This document shows, piece after piece, positions 1-12,476 of a stretch of 64,000 nt of DNA. Numbering within the stretch: the stretch's first letter is position 1; each line of letters starts with the position of its first letter. Below the pieces are notes generated by a model. That model did not search any database and was not told the origin of the DNA. It saw only the letters and a list, made by a program, of their open reading frames with translations. Source of the DNA: the human T2T-CHM13v2.0 reference genome, Homo sapiens; the NCBI RefSeq assembly GCF_009914755.1, contig NC_060930.1. One strand, given 5' to 3'. The position numbers and the translations under genes are program-made.

Positions 1-180
1 GTGTCATCATATCCAATCTTCACAGGTAAAAGATTTACTTTTAAACAGAAAATCTACATTTAACCATAGGGATGAAAAACAACACCTTTTCTGCAGTTGA
101 TTTCCTGGAAAATGTGCATTTTTTTACATTAGATATTTAACATAGAATAAATACCAGGACCAACTTTTAAAATATGTGGA

Positions 181-331
181 AGCTGGGCATGTTGGCTCAT
201 GCCTGTAATCCCAACAACTCAGGAGGCTGAAGCGGAACGATCACTAGAGCCCAAGAGCTCAAGGCTTCAGTGAGCTATGATTGTGCCACTGCACTCTGGC
301 CTGGGAACAGAATGAGATCTGCCCGTCTCAA
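181..331 (+). mobile_element. Old Alu monomer (FAM/FRAM-like)
   Basis: GCTGGGCATGTTGGCTCATGCCTGTAATCCCA...GTGAGCTATGATTGTGCCACTGCACTC; single ~150-bp arm running into an A/G-rich tail. Confidence 0.8.
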
Positions 332-427
332 AGAGAGAGAAGAGAGAAAGAAAGACAAGAAGAGAGAGAAAAGGAGGGAGGGAGGAAGGAAGGGAGGAAG
401 GAAGGAAAAAAGAAAGGGAAAAGAAGG
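331..427. repeat. GA-rich low-complexity tract (GAGA/GGAA)
   Basis: Almost pure purine, derived from the monomer tail. Confidence 0.9.
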
Positions 428-602
428 TTACAGTGTGGTTTAAGAGCACCAAGAATTGCATTGATCATCTTCAGTGCCCAGAGACTACCCAGACTTACTG
501 AAACTTGAAATTCCACAATGGAAGTTCTATTCCTTTCTTTTTAATCCATGCCCATGACTCTAGCTGAGTTTTTAAAGTCCATGAGGAAGGTAATCTATTA
601 AA

Positions 603-760
603 CCTGGGGTGGTAATAAGCGGCTCCTAAGCGCCCAATTCCCCAGGCCCCATCCATGTAGACATTGATAATTGATCACAGCACTCTTTCCTCTAAGCCAA
701 GATGAGGCTTCAATTCAATGCTCAGGGCAGCCCCTTTCATTTGTCTGGAGTTGCCCTAAA
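603..760. mobile_element. MER102-like hAT-Charlie fragment
   Basis: AGACATTGATAATTGATCACAGCACTCTTTCCTCTAAGCC resembles the recalled MER102 core. Confidence 0.45.
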
Positions 761-964
761 TTTTATGTCACTTACAATATTCGATAAACATTTATTGTTG
801 TTGACTATGTGCCAAGCAGAACGCTCAGATGATCACCTAAGAAGAGAATAAGGAAGTGTAGAAATATATACCAAAAGGCACCAATGACAAGCTCTGTCCT
901 ACTTTTTTGTCCTCTGGTGTTGCCAAGAGTCGGCCAGAGTAAAGAGGCAGCTTGTGCCCATTTT

Positions 965-1560
<596 letters not shown>

Positions 1561-2624
1561 AATAAACAATAAAAGCTGTGCATGGATCAATAATGAGAAT
1601 GTGCCATAAAGCCAGGATTGTGGCTAATCAAATCCCCCACCCCCCCACCCCCACCCACTGAGGTCCATTCTTGGGGAGAAAAGACATATTGTAGCAACTT
1701 TGTTAAGAAAGCCAGACTAAGGATCATAAAAGCTACTGCCTACATGCTCCTTGAACCAAACCTCAGGAATCCACCTCACCACAAGAATTCATAAGATAGA
1801 CTTTTACAGACAAAGAGCATTGCAGAAAGGGCAATGCATGAAGTTCAAGTTACTGGTATGAAAAAAATCCTAGAAGCCAAAAAGTCTTCGGCCAATATGA
1901 TGAACTAATTCATGTTACTGATATTTTCTTTACTTTTGAAAGGAAGTTTGGAATACCCTAAGGAGCACTTTAGTTCTGAAATTGCTAGAGTAAATAAAAG
2001 AAATGTTATATAACTCATTTGTAAAAGAACAAGAGGACAATATTAACAGATTGACAGTATTCATAGGTTAATTAGGAAACCCGTTGATGCTGTTAAGAAA
2101 CTTGGCATATTTTAATTTAGATTGACGTTCTTCAAGATATAGGTAGAAGTGATGTTCATTCAATAATAGATGTCACACAGTCTGTGAGAGACTGATTTCT
2201 AGAAAGAGCTTACAGTCAAGTAGTACATAAAATGTGTTCTGGATCATGACCATGTTTTCAAATCAAAACTATGTCTTTGAAAAGGTATTCAAGACATGAA
2301 ATTGATGCACCCCTGAGATAAAAGAAAGGAGTTAAAAGAAAAGTCTTATTAGACTGATTTGAAACTGGTTTAAAAAGGCATCATCTAACCAGGTTTGTAC
2401 TGTGGCTAACATTTTAAATATGGCCACTACAGCTGTTAAGGGGAGGGGTAGAAAAGTCCTCTTAATTATTTATTATGTTAGCTATTAGACTGAATCCTAA
2501 AGAGTCAGATGAAAGAATAGATTCTTGGCAAGAGCAATGCAAACATTTCTCTACTGTCATTCAAAGACCAAGTGATGCCTTTCAGAAATAGTTGGATGTT
2601 TTCTTAGAATTTTTATACCCATCG

Positions 2625-2800
2625 CCTCACTGAGTCCTCACAACCCTCTAAGATGAAAGCTCTTCTTTCCCACAATTTCAGATAAGGGTTAGAGAGATTA
2701 AGTAACTTCTTCTAAACCACACAGCTAGGGAGCTGTGTGAGCAGTACATCTAAGACGGGAGCAGGTCTACCCAACCCAAAGCCTGGGTCCGCCATTATCA
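2625..2800 (-). mobile_element. MIR
   Basis: TCCTCACAACCCTCTAAG...CAGATAAGGGTTAGAGAGATTAAGTAACTT matches the reverse-complement MIR core. Confidence 0.6.
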
Positions 2801-4424
2801 GGCCAACATGGTGCAGGGGCGCCAGCAGCCTCCAGCAAGGGATTCCTGGATTGGATGCCCTACTGGGCTGGTGAGGAGGAGAAGCACTGGAGCACGTGCT
2901 CAATATATAGACTCTTACCGGATTACTTGTTATTGCTGTGGCCTCTGCCTTCAGCTGAGCCTGGTGTTCCCTCTGCTGGAGGGACTGGGTCGGGAAGGGT
3001 TCTCATTGCTTCCCAGGAAGACTTTAAACCAGTCCCCCTGTTTATGCTCCCACCTGAACCTCCATGAGGTTGCTAATGATACAAATTCCTGAGGCTTCCT
3101 AGAAGCTGTGACTCAATTCAGCCCATGGCTCGGTTTCCTCTTGACCAGCTTAGGCTGTAGGTTTTCCCTTCTGCAAAATCAGTGACCAATATCTATCTGA
3201 CTTAGAGCCTCCCCATTGTTGTTACTTTTAGCGAGCATATCCTCCTACTGTCTTTGTCCTTGTAGGACTATGCCTTTTTAATTCCGTTTTTATCATTTTA
3301 ATGCAATTTTCAGAGGAAGCAACAATAAACATATTTGTTCAATGCACCATACTTACCTGGCTCTTTGAAACAAAAATATTTCCATGGACAAGAAAAATTT
3401 GCACTGAAGCCTTTATGCAAGCGAAGGGTTACACACAAAGTCTACTTCCAGCATGCAAAACATTAGGGCCCACAAGCTCTAACTGTAAACAGGTGAGCTG
3501 TGTCCTTACTGCAGACATTTTTGCAAATATGACCACCTACAATTATATGGTCTGTTTTCAAGCTTGGAGAAAGAAATGAGAAAAGCCAGCCCCAGCCATT
3601 TTCAATTGTTCATGTCTCCAGTAACAAGACCATCATTTGCAGCATGAGTTGGACCATTTTTCACAAAGCTTAGTCACTATTATTTTAGGGCAACCCTATG
3701 AAATGGTGCAGCCTACTAAATTGTACTATTGCCAGAGCTCTGGACACTTTGTAACTTCTAAATTTTGGAGCCGTAAAATAGAGCGATAATATATCACTTG
3801 CAAGAGAATGGAAGTAATTTCTTGCCATAGTCCTTTAACACCAAAACCAGGTTAACCAATCCAGTTGTCTGGGTTATGTTTCTATAGCCCAACGGGAAAA
3901 CTTAGCTGATTGCTGATATTAACTGGGCAGTTCCTTCACCTGACCTTGCTCCCTGGCATGGGCAATAAGACATTGGCAAGAAAAGACTTGAGCAGAAAAT
4001 AACCACAAATCCTAATTTCCTGACTCTTCCCCCAATGCACACTAGAAAATACAAGTTATAACAAAGCGATTTTATAAGATGTCACTTCTATTGCTCACCC
4101 CTATTCTAGGACACCCTTGAGGAACGTTGCCCTGAGAGTGTCCTAAGAGACTTTTTGTCAATTTACCACATAATAATCCTTCCTTCATTTGGAATTATAA
4201 GTTCTACACTATATCATGTCCCAGAGAAAATGTATATAAATTACAATAAAGAATAGGAATGAAGTGGGAACATGTCCTATAAATTTCTAACATCATGCTT
4301 TCTTGTTCTAAGATCTTACACATGCTTGAGATTGGAGAAAGCCCACCACTCAGATCCCCATAGAAAGAAGGAAAATCACAATGGATTTCATCATGGCCAT
4401 CATCTCAGATATAAAAAAGAAGTA

Positions 4425-5320
4425 AGTAAAGATGCTTCATACCATATGTCATTAGAAAATTGCAAACTAAAACAACAATGCGACACCACTACATACTTAC
4501 ACACCAAATACTGTCAAAGATGTGGGGCAACAAGAACTCTAATTCATTAGTGTGGGAATGCAAAATGATACAGCTACTTTGGAAAACAATTTGGCAGTTT
4601 CTTACTGAGATAAACATACAATTACCATGTGACCGAGGAATCATGCTCCTTGGTATTTACCCAAATGAATTGAAAACTAATGTTTGCATAAAAACCTGCA
4701 ACAGATATTTATAGCAGCTTTATTCACAATTGCTAAAACTTGGAAGCAACCAAGATGTCCTTCAGTAGGTGAGTGGATAAATAAACTGTGGTACATCCAG
4801 ATGGTAAGATATTATTCAGTGCTAAAAAGAAATGAGCAATCAAGCCATGAAAAGACATGGAGGAAACTTCAATGTATATTATTAAGTGAAGAAGCCAATC
4901 TGAAAAGGCTACTTACTGTATGATCTCTACTGTATGACATTTCTGGAAAAGGCAACATGAGGGAGACAGCAAAAAGATCAGTGGTTGCTAGGGGTTGGGA
5001 ATTGGAAGAGTTAAATAGGCAGAGCACAGAGGATTTTTAGGGCAGTGAAACTACTTTGTAGGATACTGTAATGGTGGATCCATGTCATCAAACTTTCATC
5101 AAAACCCATAGAGTGTACAACACCAAGAGTGAAGCCTAATGTAAACCATGAACTTTGGATGACAATGGTGTGTAAGAATTTAACAAATGTCCCACTCTCG
5201 TGCAAGATATTGATAATAGGTGAGATTGTGCATGTGGGGGATACATGGGAACTGTATTTTTGCTCAATTTTCCTGTAAACCTGAAAATGTTCTACAAAAA
5301 ATAAAACATATTTTAAAATA
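4425..5320 (+). mobile_element. L1MC-type LINE-1 3' end (ORF2 C-terminus plus 3'UTR)
   Basis: Translated pieces TTMRHHY, LLGIYPNELKT and [30 protein letters not shown]; L1MC-like 3'UTR (GAAGCCAATCTGAAAAGGCTAC). Confidence 0.85.
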
Positions 5321-5397
5321 AATCTTAAATGAGTTCATCTCAACTCAGGGAAGCAGTAACCAGATTACAGCCATAGAACTTGACCAAGTTTGTCAAG

Positions 5398-5545
5398 GAA
5401 GGGAGGGAGGGAAAGAGAGAAAGAAGGAAGAGGGAGGGGAGAAGAGGGGAGGAGGGGGGAAGAGAGGGGAGGGGAAAGGTGGGGAAGGGAGGGGAAAGGA
5501 GAGAAGGGAAGATGAGGGGAAGGCAGGGGAAGGAAGGAGGGATGG
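5398..5545. repeat. Polypurine G/A-rich tract
   Basis: ~145 bp of almost only G and A with many G3-G6 runs. Confidence 0.9.
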
Positions 5546-5603
5546 AAAACCCTCATTAACAGAGGGCTGAGAAACCAGGACGGATGATAACTGATTATTA
5601 CTA

Positions 5604-6085
5604 TAGTTGACCCCTTGAACAACATGGATTTGAACTGTGCTGGTCCACTTATATGGGGATATTTTTCAATAAAAGTTACACCAAATGTGTCTACCTCTCC
5701 TGCCTCCACTTCCACCTCCTCCACCTCTTCTGCCTCTGCCACCCCAAGACAGCAGAACCAAGCCCTCCTCTGCCACCTCCTCAGCCTACTCAATGTGAAG
5801 AAATGAGGATAAAGATCTTTATGATGATCCCCCTTCCACTTAATGAATAGTAAATATTTCTCTTCCTTTTGATTTTCTTATTTTCTTTCCTGTAGCTTAT
5901 TTTAAGAATATAGTATATAATACATATAACATACAAGACATGTGTTCATCAACTGTTATAGGAAAGGCTCCTGGTCAGTAGTAGGCTATTAGTAGGTAAG
6001 TTTTGGGGTAATCAAAGTTACATTCAAATTTTTAAGGCATGGGGAATCAGCACCCCTAACCCCCACATTGTTCAAGGGTCAACTG
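5604..6085. mobile_element. Tigger2a (MER28)-like TcMar DNA transposon
   Basis: Terminal inverted repeats (T)AGTTGACCCCTTGAACAAC ... ATTGTTCAAGGGTCAACTG; TA at 5602-5603; internal CCTCCTCAGCCTACTCAATGTGAAG. Confidence 0.85.
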
Positions 6086-6655
6086 TGTATTAGTATTCTG
6101 TTGCTGCCTAACAAATTACCACAAATGTAGTGGCTTTAAACACCAGGCATTTATTGTCTCACAGTTTCTGTGTGTCGGGAGCATGCCAAGGCTTAGCTGG
6201 TTTCTCCACTCAGGGTCTCACAAGGTTGCAGTCAAGGTGTCAGCTGGGCTGCATTTCATCACAGGCTTAACGGGGAAAATTCGCTTTCAAGCTCCCCAGG
6301 ATTAATTTCCTCGCAGCTGTAGAACTCATAGCCACTTTCTTCTTCAAGGCCAGAAGGAAAGAGTGTCTCTGACATCAAGGAGGGTCCCACTTCCTCTTTT
6401 AAGGGCTTTCACCTTTAATTCAGACCCACCCAGAACAGTCTCTTTGATTAACTCAAAATCAACTGATTAGGGACCTTAATGATACATCCATTTATCTTTG
6501 CCACACAACATAACATCACCACAGCAGTGTCATCCCATTACCTTTACCATATTCTATTGGCCAGAAACAAATCACAGGTGCCACAAATACTCAAGGAGAG
6601 GTGATTATGAACAACTGTGACTCATTGGGGGTCACTTTATAGTGTATCACCCACA
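6086..6655 (-). mobile_element. MLT1-family MaLR solo LTR
   Basis: Begins TGTATTAGTATTCTGTTGCTGCCTAACAAATTACCACAAA, the reverse-complement MLT1 end. Confidence 0.8.
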
Positions 6656-6664
6656 ATTACTCCA

Positions 6665-7361
6665 TTTTTATTTTTTTATTTTTATTTTATTTTATTTTAT
6701 TTTATTTTTGAGATAGGGTCTCACTGTCACCCAAGCTGGAGTGCAGTGGTGCAATCATGGCTCACTGCAGCCTCGACCTCCCAGCTCAGGTGATGCTCCC
6801 ACCTCAGCCTCCCAGGTATCAGGGACTATAGGCACAGGCCACCACACCTACCTAATTTTTTGAGATATGGGGTTTTGCCATATTGCTCAGGCTGGCCTCA
6901 GACTCCAGGGCTCAAGCGATCTGCCTGCCTCAGCCTCCCAAAGTGCTGGGACTACAGCTGTGAGCCACTGTATTAGTCCATTCTCACACTGCTATAAAGA
7001 CATACCTGAGACTGGGTAGTTTATAAAGGAAAGAAATTTAATTGACTCACTGTTAAACATGGCTGGGGAGGCCTCAGGAAACTTACAATTATGGCAGGAA
7101 GCAAGAGAGAAGCAAAGGCATATCTTGCATGGTGGCAGGCAAGAGAGCACAAATGAGTGAAGGAGGAAGAGCCCTTTATAAAACCATCAGATCTCATGAG
7201 AACTCACTCACTATCACGCAGCATGGGGGAAACTGCCCCCATGATCCAATCACCTCCCACCAGGTCCCGCCCTTGACTAATGAGGATTTGGGGATTACAA
7301 TTCCAGATGAGATTTGGGTAGGGACACACAGCAAAACCATATCAGCCACCATGACTGGGCC
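6665..7361 (-). mobile_element. AluJ, split near its 5' end by a THE1 LTR
   Basis: (TTTTA)n tail, then AluJ body to 6968; remaining bases CATGACTGGGCC at 7350-7361. Confidence 0.88.
6969..7344 (-). mobile_element. THE1C/D solo LTR
   Basis: TGTATTAGTCCATTCTCACACTGCTATAAAG...AAACCATATCA; 5-bp TSD GCCAC at 6964-6968 and 7345-7349. Confidence 0.92.
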
Positions 7362-7548
7362 ATATTTTCTTAGGTAGAAAATAAAATGGAGTTGTTATGA
7401 ACGATTTTTAACTATATCAGTCTCTTGGGCTATTGATTCATTTCCTTGTTGAACTATAAAAAGAATAGATTAAGTAATTTAGGGCGTGGCTAGGACAGGA
7501 GAGTCTCTCTTAATCTTTGGTCAAAAACTGCCCTCAAATACATCCATT

Positions 7549-7840
7549 GGCCAGGCGTGGTGGCTCACGCCTATAATCCCAGCACTTTGGGAGGCTGCGG
7601 TGGGCAGATCACAAGGTCAGGAGTTTGAGACCAGCCTGACCAATATGGTAAAACCCTGTCTCTACTGAAAATACAAAAATTACCCAGGCATGGTGGCAGC
7701 TGCTTGTAATCCCAGCTACTCAGGAGGCTGAGGCAGCAGAATCACTTGAACCGGGAGGCGGAGGTTGCAGTGAGCTGAGATTGTACTACTGCACTCCAGC
7801 TTGGGCAACAGAGCAAAATCCTGTCTCAAAGAAAAAAAAA
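7549..7840 (+). mobile_element. AluS (Sg-like)
   Basis: Dimeric Alu containing GATCACAAGGTCAGGAGTTTGAG, with A tail. Confidence 0.93.
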
Positions 7841-8849
7841 TTCATGGGGGGTAAAAGTGCAAGAAGTAGTGGCCCCTCTCGCTGTCTTTTGACTGTCAGT
7901 TACACAAACCAAGGAAAAATGACCGGACACCATGGTTATGAGATGAAAAGGAGCAATATTTTGAAAATGAGTCATGCACTTTTCTTTTTGCCTTCCCTAA
8001 CCTGCTCCATCTGAGGCATTTCTCAGCCTGCAGGATGGCTAGGATTTGATACCAAAAGAATGCCAGAGAAAGACCTTAGCTTTTGACACACAGGCAAAAG
8101 AAAATTTTCAGCAAGGAAATAACTTTAGCGTATAGGCCACTCCCTTCAGATGGCATTGTCTGTATTCCTTCACTTCCCCTGTTGGACGTCAAGGGCCAGT
8201 TTGGTAGAACGGGCCACGAAGAGGCCTTGGGCTGAGAGAGAACGTGTGGTGAAGGAACCCCGGCAGCAGCAGGAGGAGGCCCCACAGCAAAGGCTGGAGG
8301 AGCTGGAGGTTGTAGGCTGGATGGAGGATGCAGCTGGGAGCAGCAGAAATCAAGGTTGCTGAGCCAGCCAGGGAGCTTCACAGGCTCTGACCAAGCTCAG
8401 CCAGGCCAAAGTGGCATTACCCCACTGCAGACATCACTGGGAATAGCAGAGGCAAACTGCTGCCAGCTGAGCTGGGGCCATAGCTCTTGCACCGGAGGAA
8501 GCAAAAACACTGATTCCTAAGACCCCCACCCCTTCTAGCAGCTCTGAGATAGCATAAGCCATGCCCCTCCAACCCGTGTACCTGCACACCAGCTTCAGGC
8601 AAAGGGGAGGCTGAGAAACTGACCACATGTAAAGAATGCTCCCATTTCTATTTTTTAAAGTGAGTTCATAAAACAATATTACATATTTTTTATTAGAATA
8701 AATCTATATATGTATGTTCCTAGAAGTGGGTCTGGATGTATACAGACCAGACTCTGTGGGAATGGGGCTGGACTGAAAACAGGATGGGAGAGCAACTTTA
8801 CCAAATATAAATTTCTGAATTATATGTATAATTAAAACTTAACTCACAA

Positions 8850-8990
8850 AAGAATCATTTGGGAAATTTGTTTAAAAATACATATTCTTTGGCCCTACCC
8901 TGAACCTTCAGAATCAAACTGTACTAGGTGGAGGACCGGGATTCTGCACTGTTCATAGGTAGCTCAGGGGCCTATTAACCTGAGCTACTG
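8850..8990. mobile_element. MER5-like hAT fragment
   Basis: TTGTTTAAAAATACATATTCTTTGGCCCTACCC...CAGAATCAAAC...GGATTCTGCAC. Confidence 0.5.
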
Positions 8991-9185
8991 GTGTAAAGAG
9001 ACAGACACCTCATCTGCAGACCTGCATTTTGGAACTGCTGCAGAAGATTCTGTTTGTTCCAACACTGATTTACTACACTTTGTCAGTAACAGGTATGTGG
9101 TTTGAGTCCTATCTGAATGATCTCCTGATCTGTCAAAGCAGATAAACAGCAAAGTTTAATTCCAACTGTGAAGGCATTCTCTACA

Positions 9186-9256
9186 TAGAATGTGAACTCC
9201 ATGAGAGCAGGGATTTTGTCTGTTTTACAGCTGGCTGAACAAATGAATGAATGATG
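9186..9256 (+). mobile_element. L2 3'-end fragment
   Basis: TAGAATGTGAACTCCATGAGAGCAGGGATTTTGTC...ATGAATGAATGA. Confidence 0.55.
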
Positions 9257-9994
9257 AGCCTACAAACCTGTTCACATCCCCAACAAGTGAAATAGTCATG
9301 TGTAAAAGGATGTCTGTCATGGCCTCAAAATGTAAGGGATTTATTTCCTTCCCTATTCTCTCTGCTCCAATACATCTCAATAGGAGAAATCAAATTGCTT
9401 CTGCCCTCTGAAGTAGCTGGGTCTCCGAGCAGACTTGCTTCCCTCCAACTCTAACCTGGTGCTCTGCCACATGCACCACAAAGAGACATAAACCGCACTC
9501 CAAAAATCCTTGCAAAGCCACATTTTTACTGATGACTCTAAAAGAGTCCCCAAAGGGAGACACACGAGAAGCAAAACCTCCCCCAAACCCCATTCCCCTA
9601 TTTCTCCTCTAGGAGTCCTGGCAACGCAAGCAGCTGCCACCAACCCCTCCCCTGTCCCCCAGCTTGCCGGCCTGTACTTTCCCCCCAATGCCCCCTCCTC
9701 CTCTGCTGCCCCAGCTCCTCCTCTGGCCTTTTTGATCTCTTCCACTTTTCAGGGAGTAGTGACCCCACACCCTCTTAAATGACTGGATAGTAATAGATTC
9801 ACACTCTTCACACAACTAACGCCAGCAGCACCCTAGAGTTCTCTCTTTCTCCACTTCTCAGATCAACGGAAGGGGTCCAGGGCATGATAAGAAAGAACCT
9901 TCTCAAAGGCAAAAGAGGTGCATGGGCTATGAATCTATGAAGTGGATAGTTTGTCCCTGCGGTCAGTCAAACCCAAAACGAGACTTAGACTCTA

Positions 9995-10208
9995 CCTCAT
10001 GTATTATTATGAAACAGGCTTTGCATTAGATGATTTTGTCCAACTCTACAGTTGGGTAAGGTAAGTGTTCTGACCACGTTTGCGGAAGGCTGGGCTGACC
10101 TGTGATGTTCAGTAGGCTAGGTGTATTAAATGCATTTTCAACATGATATTTTCAATTTGTGGCAGGTTTATCGGGACATAGCCCCATCGTAAGTCACAGA
10201 GCATCTGT
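9995..10208. mobile_element. MER6-family Tigger fragment
   Basis: Ends GGTTTATCGGGACATAGCCCCATCGTAAGTCACAGAGCATCTG followed by TA. Confidence 0.7.
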
Positions 10209-10779
10209 ATTTGCAGATTAGGTGCTGGATAAATATTTGCTAATTTCCAAAAAAGCTTCAGGTAACATGTCTGCCTTTTCCAAAAAGAATGTGCCTGGGG
10301 AGTAAAAAAGCAACCAAGTCATCTCTGAATACAAAGGACAACTGTTATGTAAATATATGATAGGAATAGTCATTCAAACATGAAATTGATCCTGGAGGAC
10401 TCATAAAATAAACTGTAGGCGATCCGAACATCTCCTGTGGATTAGCAGCCAATTAATTCTACTGACACTGTACAAGGAATGGTTTCTATTAGAGTAGGCT
10501 TTGAAAGGAGGCGGTGGCAAGTCATTGCCCGTTATCCCCCTTCCTAATGTGAAAAGTGTGTCTGGCTACTGGACCAGATCTGTATCCGTGACTGTGCCCG
10601 GCAGGGTGGATAAACCCCAGCTGGACGGGATTATGCCTGAGGACCCCATATTCAGGGAATTTGTCTTTTCCCTCTGGTCCCCAAAATACCTGAGAAAGAG
10701 CTATCGCAGGAGGAGGAAGAGGAGGAGGAGGAGATCAGTATGGCATAAAGGAAGAACTTAGCAGGGGTTTTAGGCTCAT

Positions 10780-11345
10780 TAGTACCGAATAGTGCAAAAT
10801 AGTCCAGTGCAAGAAAGTAGGTCGTTGAGAAAGAAAGGAGAGACTCCCGGAGAAAATCATACGTGCTCTTCACCCTGACACAGGGATTCCTGGGAGTCGA
10901 GTGAAATGCCTTGTTGTTGTTGTTGCACCACACACACTGTCTGAAATGCAAATCGGCAGCAAATCGCCTCGAAGGCCGGCGAGAGCAGCGAGAACTCTCA
11001 GCCTCCGAGCCCTGTCAAGTGCAGTTCACGCAGAGCAAAATTAATGCTGTAAACGAGAGGCAAAGTTCACTTATGAGCAACTCTCTAATGGGCAATTACC
11101 TCTTCTCTTTGCTTTCATTCCTTTTTTCTTTTTTTTCCCCCCCTAGCGTTAAGGTATAGTAGGCAATAGAGGATATGAAGGAGACTGCAGTTTTATTTAG
11201 TCTGGCTAAGAAGGCAGCTTTTATGCATTTTCTGAGGTGTGTATAATTACAGGTGCAGTTAATGTGCTTAAGAGCTTAGGGGAAGCAATTGTATATGAAA
11301 GATAACTTCCTAACAGACAGCTTTATTACAGCTGGGCCCCGCAGC
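10780..11345. promoter_or_regulatory. Candidate conserved non-coding element / enhancer
   Basis: Repeat-free, locally CpG-retaining, with clustered homeodomain, forkhead, GATA and E-box motifs; inferred from motifs only. Confidence 0.4.
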
Positions 11346-12024
11346 CTCTCGGCTCCGGAAATATGCACACTTCTCCACACTTCCCGTCCCTCTTGTCCTA
11401 GCGGGGCTTAGCCCTGGAAAGATGTGTCGCCTGTGGAAATATGTCAGCTAGGCCTCAAGAGTCACACAGATGCTTAATACACGTCCTCAAATCTCTCAGA
11501 GCTCCTTGAAAAAGAGAAACCCAGAAAAGGGCAGGCCAGGACCAAAGATCCTAAACCACCCACACCTGGCCAGAAAGGGCCCCAGGCAACCACATGGAAG
11601 CCTCTTAAGAACCCGGATGGGAAGCTCCATTCAGGCCATTTTCAAATGACGATGCGACTGGAGTAGTAGGACAGCATTCCATGTTAGTCTTGGCACGGAG
11701 CCCACTGAATTAGGTACCACTCAGCACCCTACAAAAGTCCCATCCAGGGCAATCGCCGACAAACCATTGTTGGCTTAAAAACGCCCCTTCTCTGAAGGAT
11801 CAGGTGACCAGGGGAGGAACACGTGCTCTGCCAGGGCAACTGGCCCACACCGGGGAACAGAATCAAGACTATGGTTACGGAAAATGCAGTGTGGCTCGGT
11901 GTTTTCGTGGGGCTGGATCAGGGATCAAACTGAAGGGAAGAAAAAAACTAGAAGGACATGAAGAGCCAGGAAGGGTGAAAGGGAAAACATGAGAGAGGAA
12001 AAGCAACAGACCAGCACAGAGTCG

Positions 12025-12476
12025 CCTGTCTCCGTCCCTCTGTGTCCCTCTCTGTCCCTGTCTGTCCCTCTCCGTCTGTCTCTGTGTCTCTGTATGTCTC
12101 TTTGTCCCTCTCTCTATTTTTCTGTTTTTCTCTCTCTCTGTTTACACCCTGCATTTTCCAGGGTTTTCTTACAATTATCCTCTTCAAATTCCTGGAGAAA
12201 CAGAGTCCATTCCAGAACTTATTCTCTGTCTCTCTCTGTCCCTCTCTGTCTCTTGCTGTCTCTGTGTCTCTGTCTCTCTGTGTCTCTCTATTTTTCTGTT
12301 TCTCTGTCTCTTTCTGTTCCTCTCTCTTTGTCCTCCTCTCTCTCTGTCATCTCACTCTTTGTTTCTCTGTCTCTCTCTGTCTCCATGTGTGTGTTTCTTT
12401 CTCTCCTCTCTCTCTCTGTCTCACACACACACACAGAGAGAGAAAGGGAGAGGGAGAGAGGGAGGGAGAGAGAGAT
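12025..12476. repeat. CT-rich degenerate microsatellite followed by (CA)n and GA tract
   Basis: (TCTCTG/TCTGTC)n-like tract interrupted at 12140-12228 by unique sequence. Confidence 0.9.

Noticed and set aside
8150-8362. Q/E-rich ORF that looks coiled-coil-like
   Set aside because: Short, purine-biased, with no credible flanking splice sites or recognisable homologue.
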